Assembly (NCBI GenBank): GCA_965112735.1
Contig: OZ218958.1
Coordinates: 3,100,001 to 3,164,000, forward strand
Source: Phaeosaccion multiseriatum
Lineage: Eukaryota > Protista > Ochrophyta, other classes
Reading direction: 5' to 3'
DNA: 64,000 nucleotides
The notes under the pieces are model-generated. The model ran no database searches. It was not told where the DNA came from and worked only from the letters and a program-made list of their open reading frames with translations. Every line of letters begins with the position of its first letter. Within the stretch, counting starts at the first letter, position 1. Below, piece after piece: positions 11,799 to 26,461 of this stretch. A program made the translations under genes and the position numbers.

Positions 11799-12034
11799 CA
11801 CACACACGCAGACACACACACACACACACACACACTCACACACACACAGACACACACAGACTGACCTCCTCTAGCTCCTTGAGCAAGTCCTTTCCTCTGT
11901 AGTTGCTGATCCGCACCAAGCCGCACAGAAAGTCTGCCCGCGTCACGAGGGGGGGAGGACCTGTGGTGGGGGGGGACGTGTCTTTGCTCCCCGGGGGCGG
12001 CGCTGTGGGGGTCTGACCCTCCGGTAGAAGCTGT

Positions 12035-12066
<32 letters not shown>

Positions 12067-14313
12067 AATGTGTGTGTGCGTGGGTGAGAGTGAGTGAGTG
12101 AGTGGATGTATGTAGAGTTTTTTGGTAGCGGGAAGCGCGCAGAGGGGGAGGGGCTCAGCAACCAACCACTTTCCCAAGGTCGATGAACACCAACTTTCTT
12201 CTCCTCCAACAAAGGGTAACCACTCTTAAAGCACCCCCCACCGCCCCTCCCCAGCCCCTTCCTCCTCCTCCTTGGAGACTTGCCTTATCAAAGATTGAAT
12301 GCAGCACATCCCGATCGTCGTACGCGTGGCTGAGCCCTGCAAGGTGCAACACGTGTACAAAGTCGTTGTACGCCATCCCCGTAGCGCTCAGGCCCATCGG
12401 ACGGATACAAGGAATTGGCTCCCCACTACCCATATGTCAACCCAGGGGAGGAGGGAGGAGGGAGGAAGCAAGGGAAGGGAAGGAAGGCAAGCTCATCAGG
12501 TGTGGTGTGAGGCATGTGCTTCACAACAGCTCTCACGCTTTCTCTACCCTTCTCCCTCTCCCTCTCTCGCCCTCTCTCCCTCCTCCACTCCTCTCTATCT
12601 CTCTATCTATCTGTCTCTCTCTCCCTCCATCTCTCTCTCTGCCCTCCCTTCCTCACCAATACCACTCGTAGACTCTGGACAAGGTAGGGAGGTGTGTCTG
12701 TAGCAGCGCCTTGGCCCCGGCATGCTTGCCCTCCGGCACGACCTCTGCCATACCGCTTACTGCCCAATCGTTCTCCACAGCCGCTCTAAGCACGGCAGAC
12801 AGCAGGGGGGACGGAGGTGAGGTCAGGGGAAGGGAGGTGTCAGGAGGCAGGAATGGTAGTAGCACAACCAAGCAAAGATCAGTACCACGTAGACATGAGA
12901 AGAGGATTGAAACGGCTCAAGTGCCATTCCTTCCTTCCTTCCTTCCTTCCTTCCTTCCTTCCTTCCTTCCTTCCTTCCTTCCTTCCTTCCTTCCTTCCTT
13001 GCTTCCTTCCTTCCTTCCTTCCTCCCTTCCTTCCTTCCTTCCTTCCTTCCTTCCTTCCTTCCTTCCTTCCTTCCTTCCTTCCTTCCTTTCTTCCTTCCTT
13101 CCTTCCTTCCTTCCTCCCTCCCTCCCTCCCTCCCTCCCAGCACCTGATGTCCTCCTTGGTCTCCAGAGGCACCCCCACCACAACGACATTGCCAATGCTG
13201 ACGTCATATCCCCACGTTTGAGACTTCTCCCCCGCCCGTTCCCGCTCCGCCGCCGCCTCTGTGGGGGAGGGGTAAGAAAATGTCGAACGAAACGCGCACA
13301 TTTCATAAGCGGTTGTGGTATGCAGTATGACGGATATGATACGATGCTTGGGGCCTCAGGTGATTCAAAGACTCGGAGACGTTAGGAATCTTCGATGGCA
13401 AAGCCCCGTCCTTGGTTGGACCCCCAGCGACGGCAAGAAGGAAGCATTTAAATGCAGCCCCTCCCTGCCCCTTCCCCCCCGCCCTTGCCTCGTACCTCTC
13501 TCCGCAGCCTCTATGAGCTTCCTCCGCTCGAAGGCGACTCTGTTTCGAGCCGTGGCCTCTCCCGTCCCGAAGGCCGCTGTTTGCCACTCTGTGAAGATCG
13601 GGGCCCCAATGTCGTCGAGGCTCACCTGCAGCAGAGGAGCAGAGGGGCCATTCGTCAGTGACATACGCAGCACAGGAACGGGGACAGTCCGTGAGATCTC
13701 GCACATGGAGATGGAGGGATGACGCATGGGACAGGAGTGTGTGTGCGTGTGCGTGTGCTCTCCCCGTTTGGGTCAGCGACGTCGTCTTCGCCATGCTCCA
13801 CGAGTCTTGACTGACTCGACTCTCCTCCCACACTCATCACCCCTCTTTCCCGACCACCCCCTCCATACCCTTCCATTGGTGTACTTTCTGCACTTCCTTC
13901 GACTTCTCCGCCTTCCCCGCCATCGCTTTATTCTTGCCGTCTACCCCTCGCCCCCTTCCAATCCCGTCTCCCAGCCAGCTCCTCTCCCTTCGCCTCCACA
14001 AAAGGACCCGTACCTTCTCTTGGATCCCAACCGTGATGCTAGCTCCATCCTTCAGGACGTGTTTGATCTTGGCCTTGGGGTTCCCCAGCAAGCCGGCGTC
14101 CTCTGCCTTACCCTCACCCCCAGCTGCCGCCATCCCCAAGGGAAGCATCGCCCCTCTCAGAGCATGGGGGTCCTCTCGTAACCGGGCCCTGCCGTAGGGC
14201 TTGAAGAGCTGAAGCCGCTGGCACACCACCAGGCTTAGCCATTGCAGGCTCTGCTCGCCCTTGCCGCAGGGGATGACAAACGTGGTCCCTCGCACCTCGA
14301 CCTTCACTTTCAT
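8780..14313 (-). CDS. Multi-exon protein with Par3/HAL N-terminal-like domain and degenerate EF-hand-like helical motifs
   Basis: Starts [29 protein letters not shown]. Exon peptides: [67 protein letters not shown]|LACGAL...VRK* (stop at 8780). Some internal exon boundaries are approximate. Confidence 0.65.
9165..9345. repeat. (CCCT)n microsatellite in intron
   Basis: Direct observation. Confidence 0.95.
11105..11225. ncRNA. Intronic long hairpin, candidate pre-miRNA or MITE remnant
   Basis: 11117-11138 tgtaagaagacgtcctttcgct is the exact reverse complement of 11187-11208; extra stems ctgacacct/aggtgtcag and tgacacg/cgtgtca. Confidence 0.45.
11340..11860. repeat. Compound (CA)n/(GA)n microsatellite in intron
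   Basis: Direct observation. Confidence 0.97.
12927..13138. repeat. (TTCC)n microsatellite in intron
   Basis: Direct observation. Confidence 0.95.
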
Positions 14314-14676
14314 CGGTCCGTAGTGATGCCCAAAGCGCTACTGATGCCCTCCTCCAACCCCCCCCCCCGGGTGCGCTCTTCCTGTCTCTCTTTCCCACGT
14401 GGCTGCTCCTGCGATTGCTCCCCCCCTCCTCACTCCGCCCTCTCTCCTCGGGTGTGCAAATCTCGATCATCGTAACGGGTTTGCTGGAATCTGAAACTGA
14501 AACTGGAATTTTAGGATTTTGCGATATCATTTTGCCGTTTGGTGGGAACACGCTTTAAAAGAGGTGGGAGAGGAGAGACGAGGCAGAGAGAATGGCCCCT
14601 CGTATCGGCTTATAACCTAGCTTCTGTTCATGAGGGTATTCTCGCCTTGAGAGAAATCGAGAGAGAGAGAAAGAAG

Positions 14677-17600
14677 ATGCTACCTTCGAACGAGGAAGAT
14701 GGGGGCAGCTATCAATTGGACGTGCTGATCGAGTCCAATATCAGCAGGCGAAGTAGCAGCAGCGGTGGAAATGCAGGAAGCTACGGAGATGATGATGAGG
14801 GTGGCTTCGGGCAGCAGCATCAACAGGAAGAGGAGCAGGAGGAGGATAAAAGAACAGGAGGACAGAAGCAGGACTTCTCTTGTGTGTGTAGCAGGGCAGC
14901 AGAGGACGGCACTTTCGAGCGTGTGGCGGCATTACGAGGCTCCGCAGTACACATTACGACCCTCCCCTGTTCTGCCCCAAGCAACAGCAGCAACAGCAGT
15001 AGTAGCAGCAACGTGAGCAGACAACTGATCCAGCCGAGCACCTGTGTGCTGGAGCTGCAGGCAGAGGCCGAATGCGCCGCGTGGAACTCGTCTGCGTCTT
15101 GCCTGGTGGTGGGGGACTCCTCCGGCAAACTCCATTTTGTACTCGCGGACGGAACCCTCATGTTCTCGCAGCAGCTGGTCAAGCCACGCAGCCGACGACG
15201 GCAGCGGGAACAGGAGGACGATGTTGATGATGATGAGGAGGAGGAGGGAGAGAAGGGTCCGAAGGACGCCGGTGACCGCGAGGAGCAGAGTCTGGCCTTT
15301 CACTCCGTGGTGTTTGCTGTACCTCCATCTTCGGCCTCAGTCTCGTCGAGCACCGAGGGAGAGGAGATGGTTGTGGTGAGCACCTCACTGCAAATGTTCC
15401 ACTTCGCTCAGGTACGTAAGAAGCGCCACATCACTTATGGAGGAGGAGCGATCCTAACGTACATGTTGGAGGCAAGCAGGCTCGCTCCTCCAAAGCGGGA
15501 CCGGTACCCACCTTGTATCTGTTTAAACATCGTTTAGGTCCCTTCATCGGCATACTTCCCCCCCCCCCCCCCTCCCCTCACATAGATGGCACTTCAGGGT
15601 GTAATATGTCACTCAGTCACCTCCCGCTCTGTTCCACTCCACCTCCCGCCGTAGGTTTCCCTTGTGGGGCTGGAGGAAGCGGCTCTCGCCGGAGACACGT
15701 CGGCGCTAAAACGGCTCCGGGCAGCAATCTCCGTCACAACTGCCGGCATTGAGGCCCATCTCCCGCCATTACCCGACGCCGTATCACCAACTGCTGGTGC
15801 TGTTGCTCATTCGAGAAGAGTACAGGTGGTGCTTCGTTGGGAGCCCCTTGAGACCCTCATCTACGTTGCCACAGGCACTTCGCTGGGCATCTGGCGCAAG
15901 GAGAGAGCACCGGCGACGGGAGAAGGAGCAGCAGCAGCAGCAGCAGTAGGAGGGGGAGGGAGGCAACAGCACCCCCTAGAGGCCGTAGAGGCTCTACCCA
16001 TCTTCGCAGCATCCCCACAGAGGCAGAGGGTAGACAGCGACAACCCGGAGCCCGCCTCCGTCCCTAACGAGGCCGAGCCGGGGCTGGATCAAGGGCTGCT
16101 GGCAGGGGCCTACCCCACGGCTCTGGCTCTCTCTGAGGATGGTCTGGCGCTGGTGGTGGCGGACAGCAAGGGAGGTATCAGTTGGTGGGACAGCGAAGCG
16201 CTGTTGCTGCTGGGAAGGTGGAGTCTCCTGGAGGCTCCTGCCAAGGAGGGGGAAGCGGCAGATGAAGGAGGTGGAGATTGCTCTCGGCCCATTACCATCA
16301 CCAGTCTGGTTCTTCTCGGCGCCGGGCAGGAGGAGGGCAGGGAAGACACCACTCCTACAGGGAACTTCAGAGCCATGACGGCCGTTACGCCTTGCGTGGC
16401 ATGTACAACATCCGACGGGCAGGTACGTCCCTCACGGGCTTCCCCTCGCGCTCTGTCTGTCTGTCTGTCTCTCTCCGTCTCTCTCCCTCTCTTTGTCTTG
16501 TGCACCACTCCCGACGCTGGGGTGGAGTCTGTTCGGATTTTGAAATTGACGCACTCTCCTCTCCTCCTCCTCCTCCTCCTCCTCCTCCCCCTTCCCCTCC
16601 TCCTCAGGTGCGAGTCATCCAGCTAGGGATGAGCGGCGCAGAGTTGCTCCACAGCTCCACTTCCCCGCCCGGATCGGTCGTGGCGTGCCCCAACCCTCGC
16701 GACCACAGGTTTCTGCTTCTGCATGGCCACTCACAAGGGCAAGCAGGAGGACGAAGCGTGCTGCGGCTGCTGGCCGGCAGAGAGGCGGTGCCTGTGGCGC
16801 GGTTGAAGGTGCTGTTGCTGAGAGGTCTATTCGAGCAGGGCCTCAGACTGGCGAGGGAGCATGGCATGGATGAGACGGATATTCACGCCGCCAGGCTCAT
16901 CCACCTCATGGAGCAGCAGGAGCAGTTGGTGATACACCAGGAGCAGCAGTCGGAGGAGAAGGGGGGGGATGGCGTGGAGGGGAGGGAGGAAGACGCAGAT
17001 GACGAGGAGGAGGAGGACGATGACGACGAGGATGAGGGCGACGAGGCACCTTCCTCTCTGAAGAAGGGTGGAGGAGGTACGATGATGGTGCCTCCCCACG
17101 TGTGGAAGACGATGGACGCTCTCCTCGGCAGACTCCGGAGCGCCGATGCCCTCAAAAGGGTCGCTCTGAGAGCAGTGGAGGCGCGCTTCCCCTCCATGGC
17201 CGACACGCGAAGGGCGCTGCTTACCGTCCAAAGCTGCCTCATGCGCTGTTCAGGGGCCCTGAGGGCGGCACGAAGGGTTGCCCTGCCTGTTGTTGGAGAT
17301 GCCCTCGCCAGACTCACCACCTTCGAGCTGCTGTCCGGCAGCGGCGGAGGGGAAGGGGGAGGCGTCGCTGGTGCTGGTGCTGCCCTCTTCGGCGATACTG
17401 CTGCTGGTGGGGCTTTCGGGGAGGACCAAGACGCCGGGGGGGTATCGGTGGTGGGAGGAGGTGGTTTCGGGGAGCGGTGGCAGTGGTTTCGAACGGCCGA
17501 TTTGCCCGACTTTCTCGGGGAGTGCGTCGCCGGAGGGGCCCTGCACGCGGCGGCCACGCTCTGGCGCAGACACGCTGTGCTTGAGGAACCGCTCGAAGAT

Positions 17601-17957
17601 GACGACGAGTACGATCTGCTGGACCTGCAGAGGGTGGGGGGAGGTGGGGATGGCAGCAGATGGGGAGGGGGAGAAGGAGGAGGGGGAGGAGTGGGGAGTG
17701 GGAGCACTACGGAAGGTCGGCGCCTCGCACACGCTGTGGTGGAGGTGCTCCCCATGCTGCCCATCGGAGTGGCAGCGCTCCCGCTGGTGAGTGAGTGAGT
17801 TAGTGAGTGAGGGGGTCGAAGTCAGTTGTCATGGTGTGCGGGCGGCGGGCGGACGTGAGTGGGGGATTGATACACAACCTCCCTCTTCCCCGCGGCTTCC
17901 TTCCCCCCGCGGCCTCCACGACCACTTCTCTCTGTCGCACATAAAACGCAAACACAC

Positions 17958-17993
<36 letters not shown>

Positions 17994-18306
17994 CACAGGC
18001 AACGTGGCTGCGGGACGAGGTTCTTCCCTCACTGCCCCTCGCGGACGTGACCGCAGTCCGTCTGTGGGCAGATGTGTACGTGAGAGACCTCGAGACCGCC
18101 CAGAGGAAGCCGCATGACGCGTTGCTGGTGGCGGAGGCTGTGGTGAGGGGGTCGCGGAGGGTTTCCGGGGCGGGACAGGTGGCCATGGCACCTCATCTCG
18201 CTTGGAGACACGTGGCAACAGGAGGGCAGGGGCGGAGGGGCTCGGGGGACTTCTCCAGAGAGGTTACCGCGATGGAGTTGTTGGCCGCCACGAGCGGCTT
18301 GGGTAA

Positions 18307-18338
<32 letters not shown>

Positions 18339-21300
18339 ACAGCAGTCACAGCAGCGTCCGTAGTGATGACTCTGTCGCCAGCGTGGGCAGTGGCGGTACA
18401 ATGGCGACCACCGCCACCACCACCACCACCTCGTCATCGGGTAGAAGCAGCAACAGCAGCAACACGAGCCGCGGCTACGAGGACGGGAACCGCATGGCCA
18501 GCATCAGCGGGAGCACAGACGCCGCCCTAGAGTGTCTCACACGCCAGCTCAGAACCCTCGTGTATCTGTGGGACGCGCATCGGCTGCAGCTGTCCTTGCA
18601 GGAGTTCGAGTCCCTGCCGGTTTCCGCACTGGCGTTCCGGGTCATGGATCGCGTGCAGTCCCCGGAGCTGTTGCCGAGGGAGATCGAGCACCACCTTGTG
18701 CCCATGGCGAGGCGTCTCGGCCTGGCCTCTGCGGATGGCCTTCTGCTGACGTATGTGCGTGCGTGCGCGGACGCTATCATGAAGAAGCGCCGAGGCGTGA
18801 ACACCGTGGGCGGCCGCGGCATGGGCATGGGCGGCGGAGGTGGGGGTGGTGGAGGAGGAGGAGGTGGTGGAATGGCAACGAATGGTAGTGGGGCGGGTGG
18901 AGGCGGTGGCGGAGGGGGAGGAAGTAGTGGTGACTTTACTGTGGAACGTCGCGCCGTGCAAGCGGTTCGGTGCATGTCGTCGGGTGTAGTGGCGTCGATG
19001 GCAGTGGATGGGGGAGGAGGAGCAGGGAGAGGAGCAGCAGCGGGGGGTGGAGAGGACGCGCTGAGGGGCGAGAGTGAGGACGACGAAGGAGGACGAGGAC
19101 GAGGAGGAGGAGGGACAGAGGACTACCGTCAGCAGGCGGTGCTGAAGCTGGTGCGGGCGGTGTCCTTCCCCTTCTCGGAGGAGCTGTGGCACCTCGTACA
19201 GGAGTCTCTCACATGGGCAGGTGCGTGCGTGTGTGCGTGCGTTCGTGTCTGTCTCTGTGTCTGCGTATTTGATTGCTTTGGTCCATTGGCTCATGGACGG
19301 TTCATTCACGCATTCATTCTCGCCCGACAATGTCCCCCCTCCTTCATTTTGCTGCCACAAGTAACGCATACTGACATGGACTTACCTGTACGTCCCTACG
19401 CATGTGTGTGTTTGTGTGTGTGTGCGTGCGTGCGTGGCCGCAGGTGCACTGCAAGAGGAGCTGGCGGAGGGAGCCCGGATCCTTCGCTTGGCCCAGATCC
19501 TGCAGAGACACCATGTCAGCGGCTTCAGCCTCGTGGACCCTGCACACGCCACTCGACTCGTCAACCACGTCACTGCGCAGGTCGGGGAGGAGGGAGGGAA
19601 GGGAAGAGGAAGGGAGGGAGGAAGGAGAGGGGAAGGGGGGGAGCGAAGGAGTATCCTCTTGCACTCACGCCCTTCCTCCCCCCCTCTCCCTGTCGATGTG
19701 TGTTCTTTCCATCTCGTCCTTGTGCCGTACCGTACCGTGCCACCAACTCATGCAGGTCTATTGCCCCGGGGCGCTTGACGATGCCCTGCAGGTGGCGTCT
19801 GCCTACAGCCACTTGAGTCCGCGTAGAGTCTACGTAGACTTTCTCGAGAACCTTGCCGTGCTGAGCCCACCCCCTCCAACGCCGCTGTCGTCGTCCGCCA
19901 CAACCCCCTCGGGTCTACCCCCCTCGGATCTGGACAGCTCTCGAGGCGAAGAGGAGGACGGATCTGAGGCAGAGGCAGGTACCGTGCGTCGCGACCTCGC
20001 TTCTAGTAGCGCTGACGTTGATGGGGAGCGCAACGATGCAGGGGAGGCCTACCCCGAGAAGCAGAGGGACGGCGGCCTGTTGCGGCAGAGAGGCAGCAGC
20101 GTGTCGACTGCCATCTCTGTGGCGGAGGCGAGAAGGGTGTGGCTGGAAGCTCACAGTAGACGGGTCAGCGCGGTGCTCGCACGGCTGCCTCAGGCCGAGG
20201 CGTGGGTCATCGCGCAAGAGGCGTTGCTCTTCTGCCTACGCACGTTGGAGGATTTGGAACTCGATGCGCGCGACATGGGCCTGCCGTTGGGGCAGCTGAG
20301 CAAGAGGGAAGGGGAAGGGGGAGCGTTGGCTGCCTTATCCCCAGAGGAGGCTGGAGGTGGTGGAGGAGGTGCTGCCTACGGGAGGGGGGAAGGCTTGGGT
20401 GTGCGTGAGGGAGAGCATCAGCAGCAGCAGCAGCAGCTTCTCCTGGAGAAGGAGGAGGAAGAGGCCATGCTGGTCACAGCCGCTGCCAGCGCTATTGCTT
20501 CCTTCCTTCTGGAGGAGCAGCAGCGCCCTGGAGGCTTGACGGGTGGCAGCCCGAGCGCCGGCACCTCCAAGGGAAGACCCCTTCACTTGGACGTGGACAA
20601 GCTTTTGCAAGACCTCCGTCGCTTGCAGTGCCTGCAGTGTGAGTTCACGCTGTCGCCAGCGGTGACGACTCTGCGTGAGAGTGTCGAGTCTTGCTGGGCG
20701 GTGCTGAAGCGGCAGCTTGCTGCCATTGATCGGGTGTGGGATCTCGCACAGCAGCAGCAGGAGCAGTTGGTGATACAGCAGACGACGACGAAAGGGATCA
20801 CAGGGCTGTACGGAGAGACCGAAAGGAGGGTAGGAGGCAGCAGCAAGAGGAGGAAGAAGGGCGAAGGGCGAGGACCACACTCATCCCATTCTTCCTCCTC
20901 TTTTATTGACCGCAGAGGCAGAGTCGGAGGAGTTGGGGGGGGGGGATTGGAATTGGAATTGGACGACGCTGTGGTACGAGCAGTGCAGCAGCTCCCGGTG
21001 CTGCTCCGGCGTGCACGTCGACTCGCAGAGCTGCTGCGCATCCCCTGGCCCAGTGTCATTGGCAAAGTGGCCCTGGCTGCAGCCCAACGGGGTCGAGTGT
21101 CGGATGCCCTCTCTCTGTGCCACGGTCTCTTTCGAGACAAGGCCGCTATGGACGAGCACGAGGCGGCGATTGCGCTGCGGGACACCGCCGTGGCGTTGTC
21201 TACGTACGTTGCTCAGCAGGCCAGGCAGGGGAGGCTGGAGGGCGACGGAGGGGCAGGAGGGGACATGATGATGTATCATGGGAGTGGGGGAGACGGAGGC

Positions 21301-23138
21301 GTCGATGAGGACGCCATTGCTGCTGCGGTAGCCTCGGTGGTGGAGGTGAGGAACGTGGGGCGGGGGGGGGATTTTGTACACTTTCCTCTGGGTCGGTCTT
21401 TACCAGCTGTGCATTGGAGGGAGTCTGGCATGCTGGCATGCCCTTTGCTTCTGCCCCCCCCCCCCCCGTCGGGTCTGAGTCAAGTCTCTGTGCCCCTCTG
21501 CAAACCCTCTCCTTCCCTCTACCCACAACCACCACTTACGTACCACCCCACTACCACTCCACTCCGCTACCCTCCACCATTCCCCTGTCTGCACGTGCAG
21601 GCGACTGCCCACTCCGTGCGAGGCCTGCAGCAAAGCGCTACCCTGTGCAGCCCGGCCTCTCTGGGACACACCTTGGATATCCTCGCAGGAGCAGAGCTCA
21701 TGGCCTGCGTGCTGTCTCGAACCGCGGTGGGCGACGACATCGACCGCCTCCTGCGGCAGAGGGGGGTGACCGGGGAGGGAGGCAGCAGCAGCAGCAACAT
21801 CGGCAACAGCAGCGGCAGTGGCGGTGTGGAGAGCCGCACCAAGTCCAAAGGGAAGGGCAAGAGCAGGGATGGGAACGGCAACAGTGGAGGTGCTGGTGGA
21901 GTTGATGCCTCCGCTGCTGCTGCTGCTGCTGCTGCTGCCGCCGCTACTTCTCCTGCTGCCGCCGCTGTTGGTAGCCTTGGAACCGCGTCGCCAGTTGCTG
22001 TTGGTGCTATTGGCGTGGGCTCTTGTTTGAGCTCGAGGACGCTCCACCGCTGGTACCGAGGCGGGGGGCTGGTGCTGCCCCTGCAGGAGGGCCTGCAACT
22101 GTGTAGCCTCTTTGTTGTACAGGAGCTGCTCTCACGCAGGGCCGGAGCAGGGGGAGAGGCGGGAGGGCAGGGCGACGATGCGGTGGCTGGGGGCGGTGGG
22201 GGTGGTGAAGTAGGAGGAGGAGGAGAAGGAGGAGGAGGAGGAGGAGGAGGGGTGGTGAGCGCCGGTCTGAGTACCGCCACGGAGCGATTGGTTGACTTCC
22301 TGAGCCACTATGGCGCACAGCAGCTCTGCGTACGGAGCCTGAGCGGCATGCGGGTGCTTCCCCAGGACGCCCTCCCCGCGCTTGAGGCCGCCAAGGAGTC
22401 TCTCTGTGGGCGCGTGCTGTCTTCGCGCGACATTGACTGCCCCTTGGCCATGGGCTACCTCCTCTCGCTGCCCATCAAGACCGCTTTTGCCACTTTCAAG
22501 GCCAACATCGCCGTGGTCGGTGCGGACTTTGCCCGCCTACAGAGGCTCGCGTGTGTGGGTATGGATGCGGCTCGGGCGTGGGAACAGCCCGACCTACTCC
22601 ATCAGTGCACGCTGCTGGAGAGGCAAGGCCACTGGTGGCATGTGCTGACTCGGCTCCGTGTGGTGTTTGATCAGCGGCGCTACCGGCAGGAGAGCGAGAA
22701 CAACGAGTACAAGCGAGAGCTCGTTCCTCTCTTGCTGGAGCGATCGGGGGGCGATCTCAGCCTCACGCTTGAGTTCTGCGAACATTACCACATCGAAGAG
22801 GCCTTCCCGTGCCTCCTCTTTATGGAGCAGCAGCTCTCCCAGCCTGCCACGGCCCCCTCGGACACGAGCTATCAAGGGAAAGTGTTATCCGTTATGTCCT
22901 CTGTGCACGGTACCTACCTTGTGCGTGTGATGCGGCACCTGTTGAGCCCCGACAACACTCGAGTTGGGCAGCGCGATTACGAGAGGCTTGCCTTTATGTT
23001 CAGCCTCCTCAAGGCCAAGCTCGAAGAAGCGGCCGAAGAGGAGCGAGAGAACGAGGCGGAGGAGGAGGGGGGTGAGGCGGTGGAGACGGAGGGTGCGAAT
23101 GACGCCGACTCGGAAAACGCCCCGAAGCGATCCTCCAA

Positions 23139-23172
<34 letters not shown>

Positions 23173-24575
23173 GAGAGCAATGAGGAGGATATTCTGGAGT
23201 GCGAGCGGTCGTTACTGGCCCTCAGTGTGCTCAGCGGCTACCACAGCGCCCGCCCTGTCCCCGCGGCGGAGGGCGAGGTACTTCCCACGCACCCCCAGGC
23301 CGTGACGTATCAGTACCGCCTGCCCTTCCACGCCCTGCACGCAGATCCTTGGGCAGTGTTGGGACCCCAACTAACGCAGGACTCAGTGGCCAAGCTCGTG
23401 GCCCTGGCTGGGCCGTTACGTCTTGCCGTGGGAGACTTTTACGCCCGTTTGGTGAGGGGCATTGTGGAGCCGTCGTCGTCGGCGGCTACTCCTGCGGTAA
23501 CCTCGAGCAGCTTGAGCGGCAGCAGCAGCAGCAGCAGCAGCAGCGACACAGCCACTCTCAGCAGTGGCGCGGGTGGAAGCACCAGCAGCAGCGGTGGCAG
23601 CTGTGCGAGGGTTTGGCAGCAGGCCTCGCCCTGGCTGGAGAAGATTCGCTGCCCGGTGTTGGCGTGCCGGACCTCGCAGTGGGTGGTGCAGAGACTGCAG
23701 CAGAGAGACGAGCGGTGCGGGCGCATGAGTCCCGCCACGGCAGCGGCACTGGAGCGGGCCATTCGCCATGCAAAGCAGGCGGAAGAGGCTGGCGTGTCCG
23801 CGCTCGCCCTCCTGCTGCTTGGGGGCGACAAGGGCGAGGGGGTTGGTGGGCAGCGGAAAGAGAGCAATAACGGGACGCCGAGAGAGGGCGAGAGCGAGAG
23901 GGAGAGGGAGAGGGGAAGGGAGGAGGGGGAGACTGACACCGATACCGAGGCAATTGTCATGCTGCCTGCTCGTGAGGTGCGTGAGGCGTTGGAGCAGCGT
24001 CTGTTGCGCTTGCATCACGAGCGCGTGCTGAAAGAGAAGCTCGGCTCGGCCTTTGCCGCGGCGATGGCGCCCCTCCTGTCGGCCCCTGCCGAGGAGCTGC
24101 TACGAGCAGTCATGAGCAAGACGGCCCTGAGAGCTGCGCAGAGGGCCGCACCCGCCTGTCTCGCTGCTGACGACCTCCTCCTGCCGGGGGGGCGGGACTC
24201 CTACGGCAGCGATGGCGATGGGGTTGGGATGGCACCTAATGGCAGGGACGTGAGGTCAGGATCAACGAGAGGAAGAGGAGGGGCAGGCACCACAGGTCTT
24301 AGTCTCGGTGGTGGTGGTGGTCGCGAAGGAGGGGAAGGGGCTCCGGGTTGTCGTGTTGGTGTTGCCGAGCCGCCATTCTCATTGGCGGCTTTCCGAGCCG
24401 CTGCACGGAGGTCAGCAGAGGCGGTACAGAGTCTGGCGCAGCAGAGAGGGCTGAGCGTGGCCGCTGTGGAGAAGCTGAGGAGGCGAATGGCTACTTCCTG
24501 GCTCAACCAGGGCCGACAGGGAGGAGGGGGTGGCGGCAGCAGCAGCAGCAGCAGCGGTGGAAGCGGTAGTGGCAG

Positions 24576-24616
<41 letters not shown>

Positions 24617-26425
24617 GCGGCGGCGGCAGCAGTGTAGGAGGGGTGGATGACGGGTGGGTGGGCATGAGTCTCTCCTCGGGGAGCGGGGACTTGCTGGGAG
24701 ACAGCTTCGGCGACAGCGTCTTTACGCCCACCAAGCAGGAAGTGAGGCAGAGGGATAACGTTATAGCGTCGCTGCATGTGGGCTTTCTCTGCTACGGCTG
24801 CCCCGAGGACGCACAAGAGGACGGCGATAGTGCCGATAGTGCCGATAGTGGCGATGGTGGCGCCGCCCACAGAGACAAGAGTGATGGCCCTGCTCCGGGT
24901 AAGACGAAGACGACGACGACTACTGCTGCTGCTGCTGCTGTACCACCAACTGGTGCTGCTACTGGTGGTAGACTATGGGGGCAGCTGGAGTTCCTGCTTT
25001 CGCGTGCGCTGGATGAAAGCGGGCGTCTCGGCTACACCTCGAGGCTGCGAGCGCTCGGCGCCGCGGCGGTCATGGCGGCCCCGCCTCTCGTGCATGCCGT
25101 CTATCGCAGCACTCAGCGCTACGGCCCCAGCCTGTCCAGCCTGGCGAGGCATGTCACCTACCTGGCCAGCGTGGAAGAGCTCCGTTTGCCTCTGCAGCTG
25201 GACTCGATGGTGTCGTGTGACAAGGCGGACTTGGTCAGGGCTCTGTGGCGCGACCATCGCGAGGAAGCTTCTTTGCTTCCCCTCTTGTGCGACATGCTGT
25301 TGGACTGTGCGTGCGGTGACTTGACCCTGTGGGAGCCCATTCTCTCGCGTATGGCCGGGCGGTATGGTCAGCACCGCACCCTCCTGCTGCGCGTGCTTCC
25401 TCGCCTCGTGCGCTCCCCTGCCCTTGCTGCACTGGTCCGAGCCGACGGCGGCGGATCACCAAGCGGCGTCGGAGGAACTGGGGGAGTGGCTAGGCGTAAC
25501 CGTCGTAACGGCAGCAGCAGCAGCGGCGGCGGCGGCGGTAGTGGTAGTGGTAGCAGTAGTTGTGGTGGGCACACGTACAGCGAAGGCAGTGGCGGAGGTG
25601 GGGGAGGGAGACTCGCTACGCTTTGGGAAGCAGTGCTCCGTAAGCCGCTGGAGGAGCTTCAGCAGCGGTTGGAGCGACAGAAGAAGGCGCAGGGCTTGAC
25701 CTCTGCAGCGGTAGCGGCTAAAACGGCAGCGGCGGCGGCAGCGGCAGAGGCCACGACGAGCAGCACCGGTAGCTCCTCTCTCTCCTTCAGTGCCTCGCTC
25801 TTTATGGGAGGCGGAGGAGGGGAGGGAGGAGGAGGGCTGCGTGTAGGTAAGGGCATACAGCAGCACAAACAGGAGCAGCAGCACAACAAGGAGAACTTGG
25901 GGGGCGGTAATCAGGCCCAACCAGCCCAAGTTGTTGCAGAGGCAGGCGAGTCCCCAGGGGTGCTTGGTGTCGAGGGCAGCAGCAGCAGCAGAAGCGGCGA
26001 CCCCAAGACGAGGGAAAGAGAGCAACAGGAACAGCAGTTGGTGGTACAGCAGCAGACGACGACGATTGCAGGGCTGCCCAAGGCGTCCGTACTTCCCGTC
26101 TTGGAGAGCGTTGTGCAGCTCCTGCGCTGCAGTCCCTTCCTGGCCGGGATGGCAGCCAATGGTGTGGAGTGGTTCACCACCGCCCTTATGCAGTTGGGCA
26201 GCCCCTGCGTTCACAGCCTGGCGACTGCAGCGGCGCTGAGTGTGCCCTCACCCCGAGGGCGACTGTCGGTGCTGGTGCAGCGGGTGGTGAAGGGCGGGGC
26301 GGGGCTTGTTGCGGTCATGGATCTGCTTGCAGGGGCGGAGCTCGTGGAGCCCCCAGCGCCGCAGGAAGTGTCTCAACAGGTGCGTGTGGGCGGGCAGGTG
26401 TGTGTGTGTGTGCGTGCGTGTGTCG

Positions 26426-26461
<36 letters not shown>

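Noticed and set aside
11240-11926. His/Thr- and Cys/Val-rich ORFs, and similar ones at ~9100-9600, 12700-13400 and 58600-59500
   Set aside because: Translations of intronic microsatellites.
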